64,000 bases of DNA from an uncultured Gammaproteobacteria bacterium (GTDB lineage Bacteria > Patescibacteriota > Patescibacteriia > UBA9934 > GWF2-40-263), in NCBI GenBank assembly GCA_964538435.1, contig CAZIDX010000006.1:11923-75922 (forward strand). The letters run 5' to 3'. A model generated the notes under the pieces. It did not search any database. It worked only from the letters and a program-made list of their open reading frames with translations, and was not told the DNA's origin. The position numbers were made by a program, and so were the translations under genes. Of the stretch, positions 47,349 to 55,865 are shown piece by piece. How positions within the stretch are numbered: position 1 is the first letter of the stretch; every line of letters begins with the position of its first letter.

Positions 47349-48481
47349 ACGGTTTGCATTTTGTTTTTGCTTACGATTTCTGCAATCGCATCGTATGCCT
47401 CATCGAGTTCTTCCTGCGTGGTGCTTTTTGAGATCGAGAGGCGGATGTTACCATGAAGGTATTCCATTGGGCACTTGATGGCTTTCATGACATGTGAGAC
47501 GTCTTTTGCACTTGATGAGCATGCTGATCCAGTTGAGACGTAGATACCACGCTTTGAAAGCTCAGACTGAAGCTGCTCACCTTCCATCATTGAGAAAGAG
47601 AGGTTGATGTTGTTGCAAAGCCTTTGATCGCCTTGAGCTCCGTTTACACGCACCCCATTAAGCTTTTCGAGTTTTTCAAGAAAGGCATTGCGTAGCTCAC
47701 TCATCTTTTTCACATCGTCCTGGGAAGCAATCTCAACCGCTTTTGCAAATCCGGTGATTCCGGCGATGTTCTCAGTTGAGCTTCGCAGGTTAAATTCTTG
47801 ACCACCACCATGTAGAAGAGCTTGGATGCTTGTTCCTTTCCTAATAAAGAGTCCCCCCACACCTTTTGGACCGTGGATCTTGTGAGCATTGATTGTCATG
47901 AGGTCTACTGGAATCTGGCTCACATCAATTGGAACTTTGGTGTAGCTTTGGCAGGCGTCTGTGTGAAAAAGAACTTTCTTCTCTTTGCAGATGTTTGCGA
48001 TTGCAGCGAGATCTTGAATCGTTCCGATCTCGTTGTTTGCGTGAATAACAGATACCACGATTGTTTTGTCTGTGATTGCATCTTCTACATCTTTTGTATT
48101 CACAAATCCTTGCTCGTCCACTGGAAGATATGTGACCTTGGCACCACGCGTCTCAAGCCAGCGACATGCATTGAGCACGCAGTCGTGTTCAATCTGGGTT
48201 GTGATGATGTGATTTTTCTCAGGGGCCATTTGAAAGAAGAGGCCTTTGAGTGTGAGGTTGTTTGCCTCTGTCCCGCTTCCGGTAAACACAATTTCTGACG
48301 GGTCTGCTTTGATTGAATCTGCAATTGCTTTGCGTGCAGTGCTCAGAGCTTCTTTAGCTTCGAGGCCTTTTGCGTGTACTGAAGATGCGTTCGCAAAAAA
48401 CTCAGACCAAAACAGCTGCATTGCTTTTTCTACAGCTGGGTCAACAGCTGTAGTGGCTGCGTTGTCAAGATAGATGTTCAT
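47345..48481 (-). CDS. Class V aminotransferase, cysteine desulfurase (NifS/IscS)-like
   Basis: MNIYLDNAATTAVDP... start, plus HKIHGPKGVGGLFIRKG (PLP-Lys region) and a C-terminal SxGSAC-like region (STGSACSSS). Confidence 0.8.
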   Translation of the reverse strand: MNIYLDNAATTAVDPAVEKAMQLFWSEFFANASSVHAKGLEAKEALSTARKAIADSIKADPSEIVFTGSGTEANNLTLKGLFFQMAPEKNHIITTQIEHDCVLNACRWLETRGAKVTYLPVDEQGFVNTKDVEDAITDKTIVVSVIHANNEIGTIQDLAAIANICKEKKVLFHTDACQSYTKVPIDVSQIPVDLMTINAHKIHGPKGVGGLFIRKGTSIQALLHGGGQEFNLRSSTENIAGITGFAKAVEIASQDDVKKMSELRNAFLEKLEKLNGVRVNGAQGDQRLCNNINLSFSMMEGEQLQSELSKRGIYVSTGSACSSSAKDVSHVMKAIKCPMEYLHGNIRLSISKSTTQEELDEAYDAIAEIVSKNKMQTV

Positions 48482-49215
48482 ACTTTTCCTAGGTCAAAAC
48501 TTGTTACGACTTTGTCCTCGAGAAGGTAGACGTTCATGATGTCGGTACCTGAGTAAAAATGTTCTGCGACTACACGCCCTTTCTCGATGGCAAAGTAGTT
48601 TGGAATGTTGTCCTCGTTTGCGAGGTCAACGTAATAGAAGTTTAAACTTGAATCGAACCCACGCCTCTTCATCTGCTGTGCGTACGCGGCCATGATGAGT
48701 GGACATGCTGCGATTCCGTATTTGTCGTTTGGATTTGGGCGGGAGAGCGTAATCTTTCTTCCGTCTTCTGGGTTTACGAACCAGTAGGCACCTTCTGAGA
48801 GTTCGATGTGTTCATATTCTTCTTTGATCTTTTTGAGCATTTCCTTTTTTCCCTTGTTACGCAGACTCTTTTCCCAAAAGACAACCACGTCCTGCTCATC
48901 AATGTTATGGTTGGTAAGAATCTCTTTGTACTCATCTGGAAGTGAAAAGATCTCTTTTGCTTTTTCAGGGTCAATGGTGCACACCTGCTTTTTTGCATCA
49001 CAGACCCCACCCATGTTGTTTACCAAAATTCCAAGTCCAACTTGTTTGTCGTTTCCTCGAGCTTGTACATAGGCCTCGACTGCGTTTTCGAATGATTCAA
49101 TGGTTCCTGTGTTGAGGTTTGGAGATCCGTCTTCGAGGATCATGAAGTGCCCACCTGTAATGATGGTGTGGTCTTTGATTTTACTTGAGAATAGGGAAGT
49201 GTCTGCTTTGGTCAT
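48478..49215 (-). CDS. Hypothetical protein (245 aa), first gene of the low-GC operon
   Basis: No recognised domain. Overlaps the next gene by 4 nt. Confidence 0.5.
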   Translation of the reverse strand: MTKADTSLFSSKIKDHTIITGGHFMILEDGSPNLNTGTIESFENAVEAYVQARGNDKQVGLGILVNNMGGVCDAKKQVCTIDPEKAKEIFSLPDEYKEILTNHNIDEQDVVVFWEKSLRNKGKKEMLKKIKEEYEHIELSEGAYWFVNPEDGRKITLSRPNPNDKYGIAACPLIMAAYAQQMKRRGFDSSLNFYYVDLANEDNIPNYFAIEKGRVVAEHFYSGTDIMNVYLLEDKVVTSFDLGKV

Positions 49216-49345
49216 ATATTGATTGTATCGAAGTGAGTATACACTATTTTGGGGGTTTTGTCAATGCTAATTGCAAGTTCTTACTTGACTCTTCTTGACA
49301 AACGTCAATATTTATGATATTGTTAATGCAGATTGTTAATTTTGT

Positions 49346-50344
49346 ATGTCTGAATCTGCTACAGTGCTCATTGATGAGCTCGACAAAAAAATCCTGGGGC
49401 TCCTGGATCAGGACGGGCGTATGCCCGCAGTTAAAATTGCAGAGCGTATTGGTGTTTCTCGTCAGGTTGTGAGTCAGCGAATACAAAAACTTGAAGAGCG
49501 AGGAGTGATCCTTGGTCATTATACGATTTTTGATAGTGGGGTGGTTGGGTATAACTGGTATCGTGTGCTGATCCGACTTCTGAATGCCTCCAAGTCACAA
49601 AAACAAGAGTTTCTGGATTATCTCACAACCCATGAACATGTGACTTGGCTTGGTGAGGTTGGTGGTAGATGGGATATTGCAGTGAACTTTGCTTGTGCGA
49701 GCCCTTCGGAGTTCAACACTGTCTACGAAGAGATTTCTGTGAAGTTTGGACCGATTGTGAAGGATGTTGAAGTGCTTGTGTATGTTGATATCTACGATTA
49801 CTCACGAACATATTTTGACCCTGAAGACAGCACTCGAAAACGATTCTTTCATCAAATGTCATCGGGTGGACAAGTGGAAATCGATGCGTTTGATAAAAAA
49901 CTTATTAAGGTGATTGCACAGAATGCACGACTCGATAACACCGCGCTTGGAGCTGAGCTTGGGGTCACACGCAACACGGTGAAGAATCGAATTGATCGGC
50001 TGATTGAGAAAAAAGTCATTCTTGGATTTCGTACCTTTGTTGATTTGAAGAAACTGGGGTACGAGTCGAATATGCTCTTTTTGCAGATCAACCGCATGGA
50101 TCGTGAGCGTGAGACAGAACTCTATTTATACCTACAACTCCTGACACAAGTCTCGTTCGTGGTAAAGCATATTGGAAAGTGGAAGGTGGGGCTTGAGATC
50201 GAGACCAAGGACTCACACGAGTTTCAAGAACTGCTTCTCAATCTTCGTTCAGAGTTCAGTGATCTGATTAGCGACTATGACACCTTCCCACTTCTGAAAG
50301 ACTATGCGATCAACTACTTCCCAGATGGAGTGCTTGTGAAATAG
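49346..50344 (+). CDS. Tandem Lrp/AsnC-family transcriptional regulator (two HTH + RAM modules)
   Basis: Two repeats of an HTH_AsnC plus ligand-binding domain (LDKKILGLLDQDGRMPAVKIAERIGVS...; FDKKLIKVIAQNARLDNTALGAELGVTRNTV...). Divergent from the operon. Confidence 0.75.
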   Translation: MSESATVLIDELDKKILGLLDQDGRMPAVKIAERIGVSRQVVSQRIQKLEERGVILGHYTIFDSGVVGYNWYRVLIRLLNASKSQKQEFLDYLTTHEHVTWLGEVGGRWDIAVNFACASPSEFNTVYEEISVKFGPIVKDVEVLVYVDIYDYSRTYFDPEDSTRKRFFHQMSSGGQVEIDAFDKKLIKVIAQNARLDNTALGAELGVTRNTVKNRIDRLIEKKVILGFRTFVDLKKLGYESNMLFLQINRMDRERETELYLYLQLLTQVSFVVKHIGKWKVGLEIETKDSHEFQELLLNLRSEFSDLISDYDTFPLLKDYAINYFPDGVLVK

Positions 50345-50371
50345 AAACACCCCGCCGGAGTACGGTCGGGG

Positions 50372-50791
50372 TTAGGTACTGAGTAAGGCCGCGGCTTCGC
50401 GACCTTTGTGCGTGAGTGTGTAGACGTAGCGAATCTTTACACCACCACCCTTGAAGCCACTAAGAGACGTTGGTGGGTCAGCAGCGATCTTTCCGTTTAT
50501 CTGTCCTTCGCGCAGCATGCGATCGAGAGTTCGATGGAACAGACGTCCGTCTCGCAGGAGTCCGCCGGATTTTTCTGCGAGCTCACTGGCCGTGCACTCC
50601 TCTTCGGACGCACTCACGATTCGCAGGACGATCTCGTGCGAGCGTGGGTAGATCACGTTGCTCCAAGCGAAATCGAGAACCCGCCGTACGATGAGGATCC
50701 AGCTGATCATGAGAACCATGCTCACACCAGCAGAGAGCAGAGCTGCGAGTGTGGCCAAGCCCAGAAGAACCTGAGTTGCTTGGGTATCCAT
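50372..50791 (-). CDS. Membrane-anchored winged-helix protein (putative transcriptional regulator-like), GC-rich
   Basis: Two N-terminal TM helices, then a wHTH-like region (TASELAEKSGGLLRDGRLFHRTLDRMLREGQI...KIRYVYTLT). Confidence 0.4.
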   Translation of the reverse strand: MDTQATQVLLGLATLAALLSAGVSMVLMISWILIVRRVLDFAWSNVIYPRSHEIVLRIVSASEEECTASELAEKSGGLLRDGRLFHRTLDRMLREGQINGKIAADPPTSLSGFKGGGVKIRYVYTLTHKGREAAALLST

Positions 50792-50838
50792 GTGGATCTC
50801 CCTTCTCCTTCGCTCAAGCTTTATCTAAATTCAAACTA

Positions 50839-50924
50839 TTGTCAATCCCGACGCTTCGGTCGGGATGAATAGAAAAAGCCCGATTCCAGAGGAATGGGCC
50901 TGTTGGCGGAGCCGAGCTTGGCTA
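50839..50924. repeat. Terminator-promoter module about 85% identical to 8350..8425
   Basis: GAAAAAGCCC-hairpin-...GAGCTTGGCTA, plus CCGACCGAAGCGTCGGG abutting TTGACA. Confidence 0.55.
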
Positions 50925-51563
50925 ACCGCCGCGGGAGGAGGTCTTGAGCTTGCCACCGACGTTGGTGTGGGTGTGCCAGGTGGTGACTGGTCGAGCACCG
51001 TGAGCACCGTAGCGCTTCACGGTCTTGGTCTCGATCTGCTCTCCATCCTTGAGCTGCTTGAAGTCCTCGAGAGTGGCGTGCGGCACGAGCGTGCCTGCGT
51101 TGTAGGCTTGCACGTGACTACTGTCTTCCGAGTACCCCTTCTTGTAGATCACGATCCCATCGGGCACAGGCGCGAGAGCATCGAGCTTCTCGAGCAAGAT
51201 GCTGGACTTGAGCGAGGAGTGGAAGATGCCGACGATGGTGAACATCGGGGCCCAGCCACACCAGCCATTGCACTTGCCGACCGGACGGATCTTCATCTGC
51301 GTCTTGTGAGGCTGGTGCCTTGGGTGCGGGGACAGCTCAGAGATCACCTGCTTGACCTCGTAGTGCTTGCCGCGGTAGCAGACCAGGTGCGGCCTGCCTA
51401 CGCGTGTCCGGCTGACACGGATGCGGTCACGCGGATCGAGAGCCTCGACGGCCGTGGGGTCGTACATGGCTGAGCGACCGTGGTCGAGGAGGAACTGATG
51501 CATGGCCGAGCGGGAGTGGTGACACTGGTCACCGACTTTCGCAGGCTTGGGTTGACGGGTCAT
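50922..51563 (-). CDS. Hypothetical protein (213 aa), GC-rich
   Basis: No recognised domain. Cys/His-containing. Confidence 0.45.
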   Translation of the reverse strand: MTRQPKPAKVGDQCHHSRSAMHQFLLDHGRSAMYDPTAVEALDPRDRIRVSRTRVGRPHLVCYRGKHYEVKQVISELSPHPRHQPHKTQMKIRPVGKCNGWCGWAPMFTIVGIFHSSLKSSILLEKLDALAPVPDGIVIYKKGYSEDSSHVQAYNAGTLVPHATLEDFKQLKDGEQIETKTVKRYGAHGARPVTTWHTHTNVGGKLKTSSRGG

Positions 51564-51667
51564 GATTCACCTTGGGCTGCCAGGAAGTCTTAGCAGACGA
51601 TGCAGAGTAGCGTAAAAACAGACATTTGTCAACACAAAAACCCCTCAGGCTTGCTGAGAGGTTTTTA

Positions 51668-51743
51668 TGGTAGCCCGAGCAGGACTCGAACCTGCAACCT
51701 TGAGTTTAGAACACTCCTGCTCTTCCAGTTGAGCTATCGGGCC
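51668..51743 (-). tRNA. tRNA-Arg (anticodon TCT), CCA encoded
   Basis: Cloverleaf with D-stem GCUC/GAGC, anticodon loop GUUCUAA and T-arm GCAGG-UUCGAGU-CCUGC. There is a G27:A43 mismatch. Confidence 0.8.
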
Positions 51744-51784
51744 AGATGTGGCACGGGCGAGAATACCAGAAAAATGTGTTTTTG

Positions 51785-52711
51785 TCAATCGTCTTTGCGT
51801 TTTTTGCCGTGGTACTTTTTGTGCACTTCTTTCATTTTGTTATTTGTAATGTGGGTGTAGATTTGGGTGGTTGTGATGGATGCGTGACCAAGCAAGGATT
51901 GTACTGAGCGGATGTCTGCGCCATTTAAGAGAAGATCTGTAGCAAAGGTGTGGCGCAGAGTGTGTGGTGTTATATGTTTTGTGATGCCGGATGCTTTTGA
52001 GTAGCGCTCGACTAGGCGCTGGATTGATCGTGGAGTGAGTGGGCCTGCGTTGTCTCGACCACCTTTGGCGCGGTCGTGTGAGACAAACAGATACTCTGAT
52101 AGGTCCCGGCGCTTGCCTAAGTATTCTGTTAGAGAATCGCGCGCTGTTGAAGAGAGAAATACAATGCGAGGCTTGTCGCCTTTTCCTCTAATAGTGAATT
52201 CTTCTCGTTTGAGATTGATTTGCTCGATCTTGAGGCTTGAAATCTCAGACACGCGCATACCGGTTGAGAAGAGGAGTTCGAGTACTGCTGTGTCACGAAG
52301 AGCCACCAAGCCGCTACTGATTCGCTTTGGGGCCTTGAGTAAGCGATCTAGTTCTTCGATTTCGAGAAACTCGACTGTACGAATTTCTTGTTTTGCGAGT
52401 TCGATCTTTTCTGGGGCCAGTGAGACGATATCTTGCTTTGAGAGGTACTTTAAAAATGATCGCAAGGCAATGAGGTGGTAGTTCTGTGTGCTCTTTTTTA
52501 GCTGCTCTCCATCTCGACCAACAACTGAGCGGTTAAGCCAGAGCCTGTACTTTCGCACCATCTCTCCGGTTATTTTTGCTGGCTCTGGGTTTTTTGCGTA
52601 CTCCTGAAATCTTCGCAAATAAAAATCGTAGTTTCGGATTGTTCGCGAAGAGCGACCGCGCTCGACTTCGAGGTATTCTAGAAACTGTGTAATGAGTTTT
52701 GAGATGGTCAT
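51785..52711 (-). CDS. Tyrosine recombinase XerC/XerD family
   Basis: C-terminal catalytic block HTLRHTFATDLLLNGADIRSVQSLLGHASITTTQIYTH and an N-terminal core-binding domain. Lies 42 bp from the 5' end of tRNA-Arg. Confidence 0.85.
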   Translation of the reverse strand: MTISKLITQFLEYLEVERGRSSRTIRNYDFYLRRFQEYAKNPEPAKITGEMVRKYRLWLNRSVVGRDGEQLKKSTQNYHLIALRSFLKYLSKQDIVSLAPEKIELAKQEIRTVEFLEIEELDRLLKAPKRISSGLVALRDTAVLELLFSTGMRVSEISSLKIEQINLKREEFTIRGKGDKPRIVFLSSTARDSLTEYLGKRRDLSEYLFVSHDRAKGGRDNAGPLTPRSIQRLVERYSKASGITKHITPHTLRHTFATDLLLNGADIRSVQSLLGHASITTTQIYTHITNNKMKEVHKKYHGKKRKDD

Positions 52712-53234
52712 ACGCTCATATTATACGACACTTCTTGGATGAAAGCACTTGTTGATAGATTGCGTTTTCTGCTCACGGGCGCTGTGATACGATATCCAAG
52801 CTATGCACCCAAAGACACTGCACCCAATGCTCGTCTTTAGCATCCTTGTGATGCTTTGTTTTTCGTGTTTGCTTTCTGTGCAGAGCGTCAATTGTGCATC
52901 ATCCTCGCTCTCGTTTCTAGCTGGCCCAGCAGGTGGTGTGTGTATGGCAGAGCAGACGACTCCGGCATCGCGATCAATAGACTCTCATCGAAGCCAGAGC
53001 GCTGTGATGCCAACCTTGCTGGTTCTCTTGGGTCTTTGCGCGCTTTGCAGTTGTTTTTCTAGGCGTATTTTGAAAACGGATCTTTACTTCTCATTTTGGA
53101 AACGTTGCATTGAACCACTTCTTGGGCGGACAGGCCCGATTCCGAGAAAAACCTTTATTCCAGAGATGTTTGCAACCCATGGCTTGTGATGATACGGTTG
53201 CACCCAATCGGAATTAATAACGTAACCGCTATTT

Positions 53235-54005
53235 ATGGAATCATCACATTCTAAAAAGAAAGGCTTGTTTGAAGTTTTGGAGGCAAAGCAAGCATTTTGG
53301 CTCGGATTTATCACAGCCGTGCTCGCTATCGGAACCCTTGGGTTCGTTATCCTTGGTTCATGTGTATTAAAGGGTGAGTGCGCTGTTGAAGGCGTTGCTC
53401 TTGCAGATGCAGAGGACACCGTTGAGGCAGATGAAGCAGACGATGTTGCTCCTGTTGCTGACGCGCAGCCAACTGGAGCTGTTCCTGTTGTTAGTGAGGA
53501 TGACCACATCCGAGGAGATATCAATGCTCCGATCACCATTATTGAGTATTCAGACTTTGAATGCCCGTACTGCACAAACTTCCACCAGAACACCATGCTC
53601 AAGGTTATGGAAGAGTATGATGGACAGGTCAGGTGGGTTTACCGACACTTCCCACTTTCATTCCACCCAGAGGCTGGCCCAGCTGCAATGGCATCAGAGT
53701 GTGCTGCGGATCAGGACATGTTCTGGGAGTATGCTGACGAGCTTGTTGAGAACTCAGACAACCTAGGGGACGATGTTTACACTGAGATCGCAACAACTGT
53801 TGGGCTTGATGTGGCCACATGGCAGGACTGCTATGACAATGAGACCTATGCTGACAAGGTTGGTGAGCAGGCAACGGCAGGAGCCAAGGCTGGTGTGAGC
53901 GGAACTCCAGGATCATTCATTATCGACCAGGAAGGAAACGCTGTACCTATTAAGGGAGCGCTTCCATTTGAATCAGTGGCAGCTGCTATTGATGAGATGC
54001 TCTAA
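53235..54005 (+). CDS. DsbA-family thiol:disulfide oxidoreductase with N-terminal membrane anchor
   Basis: Thioredoxin CPYC active site. TM helix, then an acidic linker. Confidence 0.75.
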   Translation: MESSHSKKKGLFEVLEAKQAFWLGFITAVLAIGTLGFVILGSCVLKGECAVEGVALADAEDTVEADEADDVAPVADAQPTGAVPVVSEDDHIRGDINAPITIIEYSDFECPYCTNFHQNTMLKVMEEYDGQVRWVYRHFPLSFHPEAGPAAMASECAADQDMFWEYADELVENSDNLGDDVYTEIATTVGLDVATWQDCYDNETYADKVGEQATAGAKAGVSGTPGSFIIDQEGNAVPIKGALPFESVAAAIDEML

Positions 54006-54053
54006 AGAGAAATTAAAAACAGACCTCAAATGGGGTCTGTTTTGTTTTTGTGT

Positions 54054-54740
54054 TTAGCTAATTAGCAGCCAGCCGATGTAGAAGAGAGTTGCGTCTACAA
54101 GTGCGTGACTGAGCCAGGGGCCGAGTAGGGAGCCTGTTTTTTTATAGATGAGTGACCAGATGGCACCACCTACACCGACCAGTGATCCAAAGAGCAGTGT
54201 GAGCTCGATGGAGAAAAACTGTGAGAGGATTACGAAGTGATGGAGAGAGAAGAGTGCAGCGCCAAGGATGATGGCAAAGACGGGTGTTAGTCTTGTTTGG
54301 AGTCCGCCGACTACATACCAACGCCAGAAGTATTCTTCAAATAGTGAGTGGACCAAGCTAACTGCGATGGCTGCTAAAAGATAGTACTCGAGGATTCCAA
54401 AGTCTTTTACTTTTTGCGTGATGTTTGGAGCGAATTCGAGGAACTGTGCTTGGAAGATGATAAAGACTCCGTAGATGAGTGCGCTGATCAGGACACCTGA
54501 GAGAAGACCTAACAGAAGAGATGTGCTGGTGTTTTTCTTGAGTGAAAATTGTGGGAGACGAAATGCAAGATAAGCAAGAGTGACGGGCGCTAAGAGCATT
54601 ACGAGCTTTGTGAATGCATACAAAGGCTGCACTACGCTTGGGTCACTGAAAACTGTGAAATACAACACTCCTCCAGCAAACTGAACAAAGAGAGTGAGGA
54701 GGAATAGATTCCAGAGTGTTTGTGATCGTGTGCGTTTCAT
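54054..54740 (-). CDS. CPBP-family intramembrane metalloprotease (CAAX protease/Abi-like)
   Basis: EExxxR motif (SLFEEYFWRWY) and FxxxH (FSLHH) in TM helices. Start refined to ATG 54740. Confidence 0.7.
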   Translation of the reverse strand: MKRTRSQTLWNLFLLTLFVQFAGGVLYFTVFSDPSVVQPLYAFTKLVMLLAPVTLAYLAFRLPQFSLKKNTSTSLLLGLLSGVLISALIYGVFIIFQAQFLEFAPNITQKVKDFGILEYYLLAAIAVSLVHSLFEEYFWRWYVVGGLQTRLTPVFAIILGAALFSLHHFVILSQFFSIELTLLFGSLVGVGGAIWSLIYKKTGSLLGPWLSHALVDATLFYIGWLLIS

Positions 54741-54789
54741 ATGATTAGTATAGCAGGGAATAGAAAAACCCCGGTCCGTGGACCTGGGT

Positions 54790-55779
54790 TTACGTTTGCT
54801 TGTGCTTTGCAATGCACTGCATGTGCTCGAGTCTGTAGGATGGTCTTGGATGAGCTCGAATTGCAAGTGTGGGAACTTGAATGCAACCACACACGAACGC
54901 GATGTACACAAGGAATTGTGCCAACCCGTCGAGAAACCCGACCCCGATCATTGTGAAGGCGAGTAGGAGCACTACCACCCCTAGCAGCAACCCTGAGCTC
55001 ACACGCTCCAGACTCCTGTGTTCTTGCCCAAGCAATTCTCGAATACTGTTGTATGGTAGCCCCATCCCATTCTGGAGCATGACTTGCGCTGCATATCCAT
55101 CTGCTGCGAATTCGACCAACTGGCTCTGAATTCCCGTGAGAGAACGTGCAAGCACAACGTATACAAGCAACAGACAAACAACCACCAGAATGGCAGGATC
55201 GAAATCACCGCCTATTACCCCCATAAGAACAAGGGGGATAATGAATGGGATCAAGCTTGTCCGAAGTTTGGGAAACCACATCTTGGAGTGTGCGTGTTCG
55301 TGAACGAGTGTGAACAGCTGGATGTCTTCAGGAAGTCTTTTGAACCTCTCGGAGATGTTGATTGTAGGTATTCGCCAGAAGCCTCTTCGACTGAACCCCG
55401 CAATGAATGGAGCGCCTGATGTAAACGCGTATCCCACAGTGCTCAACCCAACACCTTCTAGCAGACCCGCGACCATCTTGCGGTCACCCCCTTTGAGTGT
55501 AGAGTTCCTGTTTGGCACTGCCTGAATACTGGACAGCAAGACCTCGACGAGCGGAATCATCAGAACAACCCCACCTGTGAGATAGTTCACCATGTCAAGT
55601 TGTACCCAAATCTCAGGGGTTAGGAACACATTGATCTCAGTGCTAGCTTGCGCAGACAGAGTAATGAGCACCAAGCTGATTAGCACTAGATAACTCAGCA
55701 TGAGCCCGGCCAGGCCTGTGAGCCAGACAAGGACGTTCACCCCCCAAAAGGTTCTGGGGAGAAGACGGACAAAAAACAT
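54790..55779 (-). CDS. Membrane zinc metalloprotease, M48/M56-like
   Basis: HExxH (LVHEHAHSK) and a downstream EFAADGYAAQ third-ligand region. Multiple TM helices. Start ATG 55779 preceded by GGAGGTG. Confidence 0.55.
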   Translation of the reverse strand: MFFVRLLPRTFWGVNVLVWLTGLAGLMLSYLVLISLVLITLSAQASTEINVFLTPEIWVQLDMVNYLTGGVVLMIPLVEVLLSSIQAVPNRNSTLKGGDRKMVAGLLEGVGLSTVGYAFTSGAPFIAGFSRRGFWRIPTINISERFKRLPEDIQLFTLVHEHAHSKMWFPKLRTSLIPFIIPLVLMGVIGGDFDPAILVVVCLLLVYVVLARSLTGIQSQLVEFAADGYAAQVMLQNGMGLPYNSIRELLGQEHRSLERVSSGLLLGVVVLLLAFTMIGVGFLDGLAQFLVYIAFVCGCIQVPTLAIRAHPRPSYRLEHMQCIAKHKQT

Positions 55780-55865
55780 CTTCACCACCTCCAACACAAC
55801 AACCTATTCTGAAGTCGGTATTTTGTCAATAGAAAACCCGAGTCGAAGCTCGGGTTTGCGCTGGC

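Noticed and set aside
44182-49215. Assigning the low-GC operon to a named pathway (ectoine catabolism eutBC, or SbnAB diaminopropionate synthesis)
   Set aside because: The PLP enzyme has the threonine-dehydratase (SFKxRGA-type) signature rather than the cysteine-synthase-like SbnA signature. No ectoine hydrolase (DoeA/EutD) homolog is present. The extra NifS-like and methyltransferase genes fit neither pathway. Only the generic family calls are supportable.
51785-52711. Calling the tyrosine recombinase a phage or ICE integrase of an island
   Set aside because: The catalytic box and N-terminal domain look XerC/D-like. The gene sits on the 5' side of tRNA-Arg rather than beside its 3' end. It could simply be the chromosomal dimer-resolution recombinase. 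It is kept as a finding to check, not asserted.
52803-53189. 128-aa plus-strand ORF with hydrophobic N-terminus
   Set aside because: No RBS and odd composition (Cys/Ser-rich, low complexity). It lies in the promoter region between the Xer gene and dsbA. It is probably non-coding.
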